Shown: positions 13,651 to 26,435 of the stretch, piece after piece | Numbering within the stretch: position 1 is the stretch's first letter | Layout: every line of letters starts with the position of its first letter | Assembly (NCBI GenBank): GCA_964016885.1 | Contig: OZ024742.1 | Coordinates: forward strand, 211,048,001-211,112,000 | DNA length: 64,000 nt | Direction: 5' to 3' | DNA from: Eledone cirrhosa | Taxonomy: Eukaryota | The notes under the pieces: generated by a model | Database searches by the model: none | What the model saw: only the letters and a program-made list of their open reading frames with translations | What the model was told of the DNA's origin: nothing | Made by a program: the position numbers and the translations under genes

Positions 13651-14059
13651 GTGAATACTCTCTTACTACAATCTTTATCTTGACATTCACACCATTATCT
13701 CTCCACCCCAATAAGACTCCTTGTAGATGTTTACCATTTCCAGTTACCATCATTCATATCTGATAATATCCATGATTAACATCCATATTCGTTTCCCTCT
13801 TGCTCAGATCATGAGACTTAACTGACATCTACCACTCTCTTCTCCGTGGTATCAATCACTCACACTCTACCATGAAACATCCCCACTGATATCCTGTCAC
13901 ATTGCTCATGCTGTTTTTCCTCTTGACATTCTCAATCTCCCTACTCGATCATCCTATTACTTAGTTTCTCCCTTCACACTCAAATCATACTCTTTCTTAT
14001 TCAGGCATGCCTTGAATAAACGGAGACAGCATGGGGTAGAGAAATCTCTTTAGCTTTGC

Positions 14060-14650
14060 AATGGACTAAACCTCTCTAGTGTTGGTGCCATAATCAAATG
14101 CACAGAGATTCACAAGCAAGTGAAGACGAAGTAGTATAAAGACTCATAGGTTTTGTCAAGGGCATGACAACCTCTCTAGTGCTGGTGCCTTTATAAAATG
14201 CACCCAGTGCACTCTGTAAAGTGGTTGGTGTTAGGAAGAACACACAGCCTTAGAAACCATGTTGAAATTGGAATGAATGTATATGACATGGTCTCCCAAC
14301 CCCACCTAATCTTGGTGATTATGCAATAAATGCACCTAGTACACTTTTACAAAGTGGTTAATGATAGGAAAGGCATCCAGCTCTAGAAAACCTGCCAAAC
14401 AAAGTTGGTTAGACTCTTCATCTGTGGCAAAGGCATCACAACCTCACTAGTCCTGGTACCATGATAAAATGCACTTGGTAGAGTATGGGAATGTTTTGTA
14501 AGCATGGTGTGTGCCCTCGGTAGAGTGAGAGAATGTATGCAAGATGGAAAACCCTGGACCATCTGAGAGGCCAGTAGCTTTCCTTGAGAACTGACTCTGT
14601 GATAACCCATCCAACCCTTTGCTACTGAATAAAACATATTAAATGACGAC
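14060..14650 (+). repeat. Reiterated RTE-type 3' UTR segments
   Basis: Repeated aaatgcacc..gt.cact...aaagtggtt..tg.taggaa.g and aacctc.ctagt..tggt.cc units, similar to the RTE 3' UTR at 52768-53068. Confidence 0.55.
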
Positions 14651-14699
14651 CATGTTGTGTGCGTATGTATATATGTATACGCATGTATGTATATATATA

Positions 14700-15870
14700 T
14701 CATCATCGTCACTGTTTTAAGTTTATTTTCCATGTTTGCATGGGTTATGTAGGTTGTCATGTTCTGAAGCTAGACTGTGTTTTGCTATTATACTCAATTT
14801 TGGTATGATTTCTATGGCTGGTTGCCTTTCCCAACATCAACCACTTCACAGTATGTAATGTGTCCGTTTTCTCATGGCACCTTTACTGCCACCTGACAGA
14901 GTAGTTTCTTTTAATGGCATACCATTTTCCTGCGGGCTGGGAGCATTTTATTAGGGAACTAGCATAACCACTTTACAGAGGGGGCTAGGTGTACTTGATC
15001 ATGGTACAAATATTTCTTAGGTAAGCACTGAGCACATTTTATTGTGGTACCATTACTACCATATTTCGACACTAGGGCGCATGTATCCTTGGCTAGTCTG
15101 AGAGGACAGTGATAAGGAGTGGAGCTTAGGCTGTCTGTTACTAGCCCGTGGAAGGAGGGGTGGGCTTAGAGGAAATGAGGGAAGCCTGGCATGGTTGAGC
15201 AAGGAGGTAGGGATTCACAGATAAATTTGACAGTGCGAATTGTGAGGGAGAAAAAGTTAATGTTAGATTTTTCAAGCTGTTCTCGGAGAAAGGAAGAGAG
15301 TAAGCAGTGTCTGGCAGTACAGTGAAGGTCAGGTTCCCTCGGCTTTGAATGCACTGCATTTTTTAAGCAGCTTTCATTCTTCAAATGTATCACATGGTCA
15401 TCTTTCTTGTACACTGCATCCAATCTCTTTTATACCCAATTTTTTCTTACCCTATCTTCTTTGTTATTCTTGCACACTTCTATTACACATCCATCAGAGC
15501 ATGTTTGCTTCATTTCTTTCCAGTCTTCACAAATCCTCTGCATTCAGTGCCCAAGTCTCACAGTTCACACACAGATATCATACAATCTGCTTTTCAGTCT
15601 GAGAGAAAACCCCTTTTTAGCCAGCAGGGGTACTTTTTTAAAACCTGTTCTCACTCTGGCTACTGTACTTTTAGAACTTCCACTTCCATTAATAATTTGG
15701 TTACCCAAATAGCAAAAACTTTCAACTATTTCTGGGAACCATTTGAGCATTTGATAAAGCCTGCTTCATGTGTGTCTTGCTGCCTACTGTTCCTGTGCAT
15801 CTATCACATTTGAACTCTACATTGTTCATTAGCCTGCTTGAGATCCCATATCATCTCTTGTATACATCAA
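14700..15870 (-). mobile_element. Degenerate RTE LINE 3' portion
   Basis: (CAT)n tail at 14700, terminal hairpin ttccatgtttgcatggg, VESFCYLGNQI..ARVRTG..KKGFSLRLKSRLYDIC. Confidence 0.7.
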
Positions 15871-15945
15871 AATCAATAAAAAAAAGTACCAGTCTAGTAC
15901 TGGGGTCGATTCTTCCTTTATATGTCTTTCTGTAAAATAGAAATC

Positions 15946-16387
15946 TGCTGTACTCAGGCCTGGAGAGGGATGGGCTCTGCCAGGCTTAAAAATGCCCAAG
16001 AAATGCTGTATGTCAATACAGCACCCCTACGACTCTATCAGGAGCTACAGGACCATACATATGTAGAAGATCACGCCACCTAGCTTTGACTTTGGAGGCA
16101 GTCGATTAACTGCCCTTAATTCTGACGTCAGTAGCTGAATAAACTCTCTCTTCGACTGCTGTCTCTTGAAGCGAACAGATGCGTTTCACGGTGGTGAAAC
16201 AGCGATAGCACACCATGCGGTCACGGGAGAATTGAAGACCGTCAATTAATGATAATTACGAATTACCAACCTAGGATCAACTGATATGATAACCTGTTTT
16301 GTTAATTGCTCTGATTAAAATGCTCATGTACATATAATCTCGAGGTGTGTTCTTTATTGCTTAATTGTGTACCTACACCTAACAACA
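15946..16387. mobile_element. Possible solo LTR
   Basis: ~440-bp block with TGCTGT...ACAACA termini, internal AATAAA and only a 3/4 flank match (aatc/aata). No second copy in the window. Confidence 0.3.
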
Positions 16388-16959
16388 AATAGTAGAGATG
16401 TTCTACCAGCCAAGCTAGGGAAACAAACTCCCCTCTAAATCTTAAAAACAATGCAGCCTTCTAAACTGGTGACCATCTCTCCTAAACATACATACATGGA
16501 ATACCTACCAACTCCTTTTCTGCATATAGGGCATAGCTATTTTCCTGATGGGATCAGTTCTTTGTCTTTCTAACTAGAACTTAAGTTTACTTAAATTCAC
16601 TTACAGGCCTTTTGATTCCAGGTTTTGTTTTTATGCCTGCAATTTTTTCTCCAATCCTTATAATTAGAGAAAAGAAGATAAAGAACTGGGTACACAGCAA
16701 TATATTTACCTTCTCATCATTGCTATGTACAATGTACTACATTATTTATGCCTAAATTATAACCACAGTAATTATCTCTAATCAGCTTTCGTCTAAGTCT
16801 CAGAAAGTTATCAACATAGTAGTTAAAACTCCAATCTAACCTAGATGTCATTGGATGTCTATTATAATGTGTGTATGTATATAAGTACACACACCACCAC
16901 CATCATATATGCCCGAATAATGTGGCAATACTGTTGGTACATGCTGCCTCATGGTCCCT

Positions 16960-17490
16960 GCAGACAGAATAGACAAAGCGTTACCCCAAATGATAATGAG
17001 ACACATTGAAATAGACATTCCAACTGACTAGGCTCACACTTGTGAGTGGCCAACTCTGACCTGATAGAAACAAGTTGGGAGGTGGTTCAGGGACTCGGAA
17101 TGGCACAAGTTTCCACTGCTATAGGTTCAATAGCAAATCCAGACTGCTACTGGAAAAAGTATTGCCACATGTCACGTCCCAGATGAATAGTTTACTATTG
17201 CAGAGCAACACTCAGTTTGAGTTGCAATGGGAGTGAAAAGCATCCAAGCAATGCTTAATGATTTGTTGAGAGCAGCATGGCATGGGAGGCAACCAACACT
17301 GTGATGGCACGATAGTGGATGACAGCTGAAAGTGTCCATTGCAGCAAGTGTTGCTGGCAGATCCAAAGGCTGAGCCCTAGGGAAATAGTCACTGTTCAGT
17401 TGAATACCATTTGATTGCAAGGGTACAGCATTTAGCCAGGCACTGCTATGGAGGTTGGGAGGCTTGTTGCCATCTAGATGCATATCTTCT
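16960..17490 (-). mobile_element. CRE-like non-LTR retrotransposon C-terminal remnant
   Basis: SAWLNAVPL, HPLSCHHSVGCLPCHAALN and, downstream, EPIAVET...LFQCVS...GNA match the Zn-knuckle/RLE pattern of CRE-clade ORFs. Confidence 0.6.
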
Positions 17491-17559
17491 CTGCACCATG
17501 ACAAATGCAAGCATCGAGATGTCTGACAGTAACATGGGGCACTGAAAACGGTATACAAA

Positions 17560-18280
17560 AGTTTCAGCATGTCAAACCAGTTCCTCAGCAAGAAGAGAAC
17601 CAGGTACTTTGTAATTCAGTTGGTGAAACAAGGATGTGCCTAGACAGCCATATTCTCTCTGGAGAAATTCTCATGGCATCTAACAATATCAGAGATTTAA
17701 GAGTAATTGTCAACAACCTCAGATCAACAAGTGATTATAGCATACAGGATAAATCCCTTGAATCCTTAGAAACTTCTTGTCTAGAGGTCCAGAGGTCATC
17801 ATCCTTCTATTCTCTAACTTCACAATTTCACTTATTGCACCCTAGAGATGTACCATACAAAACAGAATACGAGATTTGAGGCATCTCAGAGGACAATTAC
17901 AAAAAATAAAAATTGGTTATTGGAATTATCTCAAAAAACTCTGACAATTCTCTCGACTGCCATATCATTTGTACAATATGGAAAATATACCATCAGCATT
18001 ACCCAAATGATGTTAGCATGAAGTTTAAAATCATCCTAGACTAGAACACATACCTTCTACCAATATTAAACTGACGGCAAATACCACCTTGCAACATTTT
18101 CATTTCAACTGGCCGCACACTATTCAACATCATTCTGAAACAAATCAAGAGAAAAAAAATCCATACCTTCAAAAGTTATCTGAACAAATTTCTCCAAGAA
18201 ATACCAGACAAACCACAGACACCTGGAAATATTTTGATCAATAACAACTGCTTACTCAAATAAGCTATAGTCCCAAAATA
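17560..18280 (+). mobile_element. CR1-group LINE 3' remnant
   Basis: NIRDLRVIV and terminal FKSYLNKFLQEIPDKP motif. Confidence 0.55.
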
Positions 18281-18329
18281 TAACTTAAAAAAGATCAGTG
18301 TCTTTACATATGAAGTCCTTCTTTGTTAC

Positions 18330-18915
18330 CCTGCATTGAGATACTACTGCATTTTTTGTGTAGAATTCCTACCTACACCTTTTTTGTATGTCAAACATGA
18401 CCACTTCCCAGTTGGCAGTAGAGTTCTGTATGACTTTTAGGTCTTTCAATAAAAAGTTAGGCCTTGCTTCAATGTTGGAAATTTTTTGACTGATTTGGCT
18501 ATGAGAACTAGGTCATTGGCATACAAGTTCTCATAGATAGTCTGAAATCTATATGACTTCAATAATTATAATAAACACGTGGATAAGAACCAAGCTCTGG
18601 TGGACACCTACCCACACACTAAATTCTTTGCTGAATTCAATGTCAATTTTCACTGTTGACAGCAATCTGTATATGGCTTCTATAATTTGCATATATACTT
18701 TTCATATCAACTATTAAACTACAAAGCATGAGAACCTGCCAAATGCACTCTTCAAATCAACAAATGTCTCACTAAAAAAAACATCAGTGGTTCTTTGTCC
18801 TAGTACCAACCCAAGTTGATCTCATCTAAGCTAATTCTCAGTTAGTAATGTTAGAATCATTTGTTACTTTCATAACTTGGTCCATCGGTAACTTTTTTTC
18901 TGGAGCATCTTACTC
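18330..18915 (-). mobile_element. Highly degenerate RTE RT fragment
   Basis: Minus strand shows GKWSCLTYKKGVGRNS, ELVCQ*P (decayed ELLYADD) and VGVH motifs. Confidence 0.55.
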
Positions 18916-18921
18916 CTTTAA

Positions 18922-19072
18922 CCCTTTAGCATATACATTACTCTGAATTTACTATTGTGTTTTCAAAGTAAGGGCTTTACCTCACATATCAAATCCATGA
19001 GATTTTGATATTATTTATTTTGAGAACAATACCTTAACATTGGTATGAGTGGCCAGTTACAATGCTAAAGGG
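18922..19072. mobile_element. piggyBac-type MITE
   Basis: TTAA|CCCTTTAGCAT ... ATGCTAAAGGG|TTAA: perfect 11-bp TIRs starting CCC with TTAA duplication; 151 bp, non-coding. Confidence 0.75.
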
Positions 19073-19234
19073 TTAAAGCAGTGGACTATTCTGTTGCCGT
19101 GCCAGGCTGTGTGTGTGTGTGTATGTGTGTATAGAGGTATATTTTTGTCTTACTTCCTCGCATTTCTAATTATATATATATAATTAAAAGCAAGCAAGGA
19201 AAAGCATATGTATGATCATGATAATGATGAGATA

Positions 19235-20407
19235 AAGGGTGACCCAAATGTTTTGTTACATTTTTTGAAGTTCTTAGTTTAACATAAAAAAGTGGTAATT
19301 CTATCTTTATTTTATATCATTTTAAAAGATTTTGTCTTTCATGTTCTGAACTCATCTTTAAGCTAAGAGATTAAGGTTTGTCCAAAATTAGAAGGGAACG
19401 TGAACAATCTGCTGTAGTTGAGCTACATCAAGCTGGCAAGTCAGCAACAGAAATTTTGAATCTTCTCAATTTAGCTGAAAACGAAGTGAATGTTCATCTA
19501 TCAATTCAGGGACACTGGAGGAGCTCAAGATATAGCAAGAACAGGATGTCCCAGGTCAGTCAGGATTTCCAGGCTCAAGAAAATCATCAGGTCCAGAGTT
19601 CACAGAAATACAAGGCGCTCCATGAGAAAGATGGCTGCTGAGCTGGGAGTTTCAAGAGAAACTTTGAAGTTGTCAAAAGTGACTTGGAACTGTCTTCATT
19701 GAATTGCCAAAGAGTTCACAGCCTAACAACTGCTTCAAAGGAAAAGAGACTTGCAAGAAGTCTTGCACTGATTGGACAATCTGCTCTTCACAGACGAGAA
19801 GTTGTTCAGTTGAAGAAGCTCACAACAGCCAAAATGACAGGGTCCGTGCAGAAAACGCCAGGAATATCCACTGCACTCGGATACTCTTATCTGTGATGGT
19901 TTGGGCTGGAGTGCCTGTGACAGGGAAAACTCCTCTTGTTTTTGTTCCTGAAGGAATCAAAATCAAGGCGGCAAGCTATGGATAAACTCATCCTTGAGCT
20001 AAGAATTGTTCAACAGCGGCCCCTTTCTCTTCCAGCAGGATGGAGCACCTGCCCACAGGACTCAGAGGTGGTTTCGCAACAATGTCCAAGGATGAATGAC
20101 CTCCCTCAAGACCATTTTGTCCATTTTGGAGACCAATGCTTGTGCTAAATCTCACCAGTCAGTGGCGGCTTTGTAGAGGTCTCTGCAATGTAAATGGGAT
20201 AAAATAGCACTAGAAGTCTTGCGTGCTGCTGTTGAAGCAGTGCCTGGTAGACTTAAGGCTGTAATAAAGAAACAAGGTGGATTTAGTGAACAATTTTTTG
20301 CTGTAACATTGCTGAAAATATTAAAAACTAGTGTGCCAAGTAAATTGGTTCAGATTTGACTGAAATACATTGTTTAACCTTTATAATAGAACTTTGGGGT
20401 CACCCTG
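19235..20407 (+). mobile_element. Tc1/mariner-superfamily transposon relic (frameshifted transposase)
   Basis: Imperfect TIRs (TA|aagggtgaccca...ggggtcaccctg). HTH segments RTGCPRSVR/RSMRKMAAELGVSR, VMVWAGV..TGKTPLVFV and QQDGAPAH. Confidence 0.85.
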
Positions 20408-20682
20408 GGTGATGCGTTGTGTCCTTGAGCAAGACACTTTATTACATGTTGCTCCAGTTTACACAGCTATAGAAATGAGTCGCAACGTCACTGGCGTCCA
20501 GCTGTATTGGCCATTGCCTTTTCCTTGGAGAAAATTGGAGACGTGGAGAAGGGAGGCTGGTATGCATGGGCGACTGCTGGTCTTCCACAAACGACCTTGT
20601 CCGGACTGGACTTGTGCCTCAGAGGGAAACTTTCTAGGTGCAAATCCCATGGTCATTTGTGACTGAAGGAGATCTTTACCTT

Positions 20683-20685
<3 letters not shown>
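20408..20685 (+). mobile_element. SINE family B, headless
   Basis: gatgcgttgtgtccttgagcaagacacttt core and tail homologous to 31533-31815; followed by (TA)n. Confidence 0.7.
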
Positions 20686-20720
<35 letters not shown>

Positions 20721-20756
20721 ATTTATCAAGACATTTGGATGATTTGAAATTTGAAA

Positions 20757-21110
20757 TGTGGGAATTCAAAAGCAGAAAATAACTTTAACAACCATCAATT
20801 GCTATAACTTAGAAAATGGGGTAAAATACCTTTAGGGATGGCAACAGCTACTATGGCGAATCAAATTCCAGCCAAACAAAGTAGCCATTGCACCAATTCT
20901 ATCCAAATTAAGGAGTTAGGCCTAATAGCTTGCAGCTAGAGCCAGAAATAAACAAAACATAAGATCTGTCAGAATTTGAGAGTTTGATTCTCTGCTGTGG
21001 TTGCTGGCCACTTTTTTCTATCCCAAAGAGTATTTTATCCGATTTTCTCAAGCTATTATTACTTATAACAATTGACTGTTATTTGTTACTTTCTGAGTTT
21101 GGGTTCCCAC
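20757..21110. repeat. Diverged inverted repeat element (MITE-like)
   Basis: tgtgggaattcaaaagcagaaaataac...tcaattgctataac is the imperfect reverse complement of ttataacaattga...gttactttctgagtttgggttcccaca. Confidence 0.5.
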
Positions 21111-24100
21111 ATTTATATAGTATAAATGCATGGCTATAGGATCAAGAAGTTCACTTCAGAATCACATGGACTTAGGTTCAATCCCAGTGAATTCTTTTCT
21201 GTCGAAGATACACTTTGCCTGGAAAAAAATCTGGGGGTGATCATGGCTAAAATGTCTTAAAAGTTTGCCCAATCAGGGTGGTAAACAACAATTAAACCTG
21301 CTTTCCTGAAACAGCAATTACATGACATCCACTAGGCACACATCTGTACTAATGCAGTCTTTTCTTTTATATATAAATGTGTGCGTATGTGTGTACAGTG
21401 TACTAGTGGTTACACCAGGATATTTCATTGTGGTTCGCTAATCACTGAAGCTAGAAAAAATGATGACGAAATTGCCCTTGTTATATTGCATATTGATTTA
21501 GGTTTTCAGGCAATCTCAAAAAATAGTTTGTACTACAAACACCGAAAGCAAATTTATCTAACGAAGTAGCCTCTATGTGATCTTTCGACCTACCAGAAAT
21601 AACAGCCAAATACCCCTCAAATTACATTGATGCGATTTAATGAGGTACGACATAATTTTTATTTCAGATTATTCTTTAAAATATATCAACTCAATTTTTG
21701 TTAGCGATAAAAACTCCATCAAAGCCATAAAAAAATTAATAGCAAAAATTTTAGAACATCTTTTGCAATGTAACATTTTGCTAAGTATAGTGGCTACTAT
21801 GAGTATTTAGGATAGTAAATATATAAGCTTTTTGAAAGAATCAGCTACCATCACATTATAGCTACTATTGTTTCGGTCATTATATACAAGCTATATATTT
21901 TACCACAGAATTAATCAACTTTTACGTATCTTTATTTAATCATATTTGTTATTCTAATTTTCATCAACAATGCATAAAATCTCAATAGGCATCATTAATT
22001 GACTAACCTAACCAGCAAACAAGAAAATCACCAGTAAAAAATTCCAAAATATATACGTTGATATTATAATCACTTTTCGAGAGTTACTACAAAGAGATGT
22101 TTTTAATCGGACAAACCAGCTTATTGACTTCACTTAGAACTATTTTGAGTGGTCTCTCTTCTAAATCTTACATCTCCACTATTCAGAAACTAAAATACAC
22201 TACGCCATCAACTATTGTTTCCATAACTGGAATGATTTTTACCGGCCACTGATAAACGACAAAGACTTAACAAGTCAACGCGGGTGTTTTTTCGCGGTAG
22301 ATCGACCTGGCCGAAACAGAGCCAAATTTCCATCAAATCACATCATATCGCCATGGAACGGGAATAGCACATCTGATAATGTGATCCTAGATGATATATA
22401 CGTGGGGGCGGACAGATTGATCGCAACCAGGACAACTCATAGATGTGCTCGATCAGGGCCTAAAAGAACATACACTATCATCAGCCAGTTGTTGAGCTGT
22501 GTGCTCCCACTATCTACTGTTACTGCTGTTCCTACAACTGCCACTGAACATGCATTTTATACGTGCTCCCCACCTCCCTCCCACTCAAACAAGTAACGTT
22601 TCCGTTCTAAAGCCACACTCCTCTCTCTTTATCTCCGTATTAAACACTACGGCTTCAGCATTCAATTCAATCGAAAAATTAAACGTACTAATTTTGTCCA
22701 ACAATCCTACTCAGTTTAATGAACAATGCCTTTCTTCACAGGACGAGAAATTAAAAACATAACATTGAAAAAAGGCCGTAATATAAAACGATACACTAAA
22801 TTTTGCAAAAGATATTTTTTTAAACAATAAAAATGACTATAGAAACTAGGCTGATAGATAACTAATAATTAATCAGCTAGAGGCTTTTGTATGAAATAAA
22901 AACGAATATTGTTGCATATATTCAATAAAGAATGTCGCTAGTTGCACTGTTATTTCCACCAGAGTGAAGACAGGATAGTCACAATGAATGCTATTTAATT
23001 GGCCGCGTCTATACAGCAGAACTGACCGGAGTAATCCAACAAGATTTCAATTGTAGTTTAGCAACTTACATTTTATACGGATATATAAATTAGAATGTGA
23101 TACACTTGCATAATAATTAGATGCTGAACTTGGACGAAGGCAAAAAAATATGGAGGAAAGAGAAGAGGCCAATTTACACATCTATGAAATTCGTTGTTGG
23201 CTAAACTGTTTTACAAGAATATAACAATCTTTGATGAGTCTAACAATGTCTTTTTGTTGCATTTGAAACGAACTGAAAATGTAAATAATATCAAAGTTAA
23301 ATCCAATGATTAATAGCGATTCAGTTTTATTCGCCAACATTTGAGAGTAAAGCTATTATATTTACAAGAAATTATCGTTTTTCTCTGATAACAAATTAGA
23401 TGAATGGAAATAAAGATACTGTTCTTCATTTCATAAAACAATTTGAAAAAAAAAAAATGCTTCCTATGCACACATTAGGTTATCTTTGGGATACCCATCT
23501 AACTTCTATTTTGTTACATCAAAATATTGTACTTAATTCATTACCATTGTTTGTACAATAGATGTCTATTTGGTGAACGGTAGAATATGTAAACAAAGGA
23601 ACACTTGACTAGATATTAATAATAGTTTAGTTTTAATTATTGCTATTACTCCTTTAAACTTTTCCCTGCATTAAATATTAAGTATATCTATAAAGAAACG
23701 TTAGGATATTATTCAAATAAGTTATTTCAACTTCAAAGTGACATTTACCTGAAAAGCATCAACCATGTAATTTTTTAACTGTATAAAACTAATTCCTAAC
23801 ACTAGTCAAACACATTTTCTAGTAAATATTATTTTTAACGTTAAATTCCTGAGAGAATTTTTTTTCTTTTTTTGATTGTTCAAATAAAAAGATACAAAAC
23901 TGTCAACATTCTCACAACTAAGATTTATTTTTAACTTTAAATGAAGAGAGAAAAAAAAAAGTTTTATAGTGAAGGGAGACAGAAAAGTTTATCAAGATGA
24001 TATACGGTACAGAATAAAACAAATATCAAGTCAGTAATGACAGTCATATGATTATGAACCTTTTAAAATTAAGTGGCTTCTTTCTACATATATATTTCGT

Positions 24101-24943
24101 ATAAAAATTGTTTCCTTTCAAAATGAAATGTTTGTTTTGTTTGAAAGTATCAAGTCAGATCTTAATTGCAAGCTTAGCCACAGGAGGTTACAAAAGTCTT
24201 AGTAACCGTTAAATAATGAAAAATTAAATGTTACCTTTTTAAAAGAGAGAGAAGGAGGGGACAACATTTTAAAGCTGAGTTAGACGTAAATAGAAACTGC
24301 ATATTTGTTTTGAACATAAGCTGAAGAACATCAACAGGTTCCTATATATCTATAAATATATATAAATATAATAAACCCGCCATTCTCGAAATATTTTTTT
24401 TTTTTTTTTTTTTTTGTCATTTAAGTTTAACCGACTTGTGAGTATCCTGTCCATAAGTTTAGATTATTCATGTTCATCTTCAGAACACTTTCCATTTTCT
24501 TACAATAGAAAATAAAATATATGTTGAGGTTAATTCAGAAAAAAAAAATTCGATATTTATATAAGATAAAATGAACACATTATCAGTTGAAAATCGTAAC
24601 TTTAAATGCAGCAGTGTCTGTGACTAAATTAGTTCAGCGAGCTAAAAAGATCTCAATATGGCTGCTGAAACACGTGACATCAGTGCAGGAGTCCTAATGT
24701 AGCAATAGATACCAAAAAAATTGGCCGAACAGAACTAGAATATAATTGCACTCACTAATTTCCAGTGAAAGTGGTTTATCCATTCAATAGAATATTTGTA
24801 ATCAATTATCAACCAGGCAGCCATGTTGGAAATTCATGAGCAGAACGAAAAATTCGCTTACTTGAATGAATGAATTCATGAAATTAATGTATATGCTACG
24901 AATTGGTGGAAGTTTACATGATTAAATTTTTCTTTTTCTTTTT

Positions 24944-25001
<58 letters not shown>

Positions 25002-25016
25002 ACCAACGACATTAGG

Positions 25017-25916
25017 TCATCGAAAATCTGGATTCATAGTCACTGTTATTCCATCCAAAATGTCCCACTTATCAGATGGTAGCTTACTCTTACAGTTGCT
25101 AGTTAGCGAAGAGTTAGCTACAAGGTTATTTTTGTTGATAGAACTACTAGTACTTTTACTTCGAACATTATTGGTATTTGTTGAATCGGAATTAGAAGTA
25201 GAAACAACGGACGAATTTTCCGTTTCCATATCCATCGCAGGAGATATACTGTTTTCAGTTCCGCAAGACAATGTTTCAGTTTGCTGTCGCATACTTTTCC
25301 GTGCGGTTTGTTTCCTGTTTATCGATGATAAAATACCTGGTACCGATTTAGATACATTTGCCTTTTCTGCTCCCGATGTTTCACTTTTCGAATCTTTTCT
25401 TTCACCGGTTTCACCATTTTCTGTGTTATCATCTTCAATATGTTTCTCTACATTATGTGGTTTAGATTCTTCGTCAACTGAAGGTGAAGCTGGCGATGCA
25501 GGGTTACTGTTTTCCGACGAAACACCGTCGCTGTCAGTAAGGTCAACAATTTCAGGAGAGCCATCGCTGTATTCATTATTTTGGACAAAGCTATATTCAG
25601 ATGAAGCAGCAGTCGAAGTAAAGCTGAAAACGGGTCTATAGTTACATGGAGTCAATTCTCCAGCGGAATTAAGCATGCCTGGAAGATAACGAACGTAGTA
25701 GCGACCCTGAATTTGTTTCGATTCCGTAATAAACATAATCATTCGATCCAAATCCTCAAAATTAAATTCATTGATAGCATAAGCTTTTGAAACATAATTA
25801 CCATGATTACCGTTCATTGGAGATAAATCAGACTGTGAACCACGAAATATTCTCTTGCGACTTCTGTCTTGTCGTCGACGTCTTTCGTAACTCATTTTCT
25901 TTTTCTTCTTTGGCAT
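25017..25916 (-). CDS. Putative host nuclear protein, 299 aa, largely disordered; NLS, SIM and histone-H3-tail mimic; no family recognised
   Basis: 900-bp uninterrupted ORF in a repeat-free island; GCC-ATG Kozak context. PKKKKK/RRRR at the N-terminus, EIVDLTDSD, KQTARKS. Long AT-rich 3' flank with AATAAA sites on the minus strand. Confidence 0.72.
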   Translation of the reverse strand: MPKKKKKMSYERRRRQDRSRKRIFRGSQSDLSPMNGNHGNYVSKAYAINEFNFEDLDRMIMFITESKQIQGRYYVRYLPGMLNSAGELTPCNYRPVFSFTSTAASSEYSFVQNNEYSDGSPEIVDLTDSDGVSSENSNPASPASPSVDEESKPHNVEKHIEDDNTENGETGERKDSKSETSGAEKANVSKSVPGILSSINRKQTARKSMRQQTETLSCGTENSISPAMDMETENSSVVSTSNSDSTNTNNVRSKSTSSSINKNNLVANSSLTSNCKSKLPSDKWDILDGITVTMNPDFR

Positions 25917-26063
25917 GGCAGGAAACCCCGCACTTATATATGTTGTTGATGTAGCTATTTATAGCAAGAAGTTGGTGCAACTAAAACTAATAAAATGTCT
26001 ATAAATATATGAGCTAGGCAAAAATAAAAGCAGGTGCTGAAAAGCTCTTGCCTGTAACTATTG

Positions 26064-26072
26064 CGCCATTTT
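26064..26072 (-). promoter_or_regulatory. YY1-type motif in the putative promoter/5' UTR of the 299-aa gene
   Basis: AAAATGGCG on the minus strand ~150 bp upstream of the ATG, in a locally CpG-retaining stretch; TGACGT at 26181. Confidence 0.35.
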
Positions 26073-26435
26073 GTTTAATTGTTTAGTAATGGAAGTGAAA
26101 GGTAAAGCAAATTATTCCGCGAAGGGGCATAACTCTGTTGAAATTGACGGCCGAGGACCGACCATTTTAAATACGGGTTCTGACGTGTAACAAAAGGAAG
26201 CCAAGCCGTTATGTACTACTTAAAGTGCAAATAAAGTTCGTCTAAATTTGTAAGATGGAGGGGGTGGAGTAGGTTCAAAACAAACAATTTTAGCTAGGAA
26301 CACTTCCTTTGCTATCTTTCTACTAAGGTTGTAATGATCATATAAAAATTGTTTATATATATATATATATATATATATTATTATTATTATTATATATAAT
26401 ATATATATATTATTATTATTATATATAATATATAT

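Noticed and set aside
25060-25641. 193-aa plus-strand ORF
   Set aside because: Antisense shadow of the 299-aa ORF; no independent motifs or start context.
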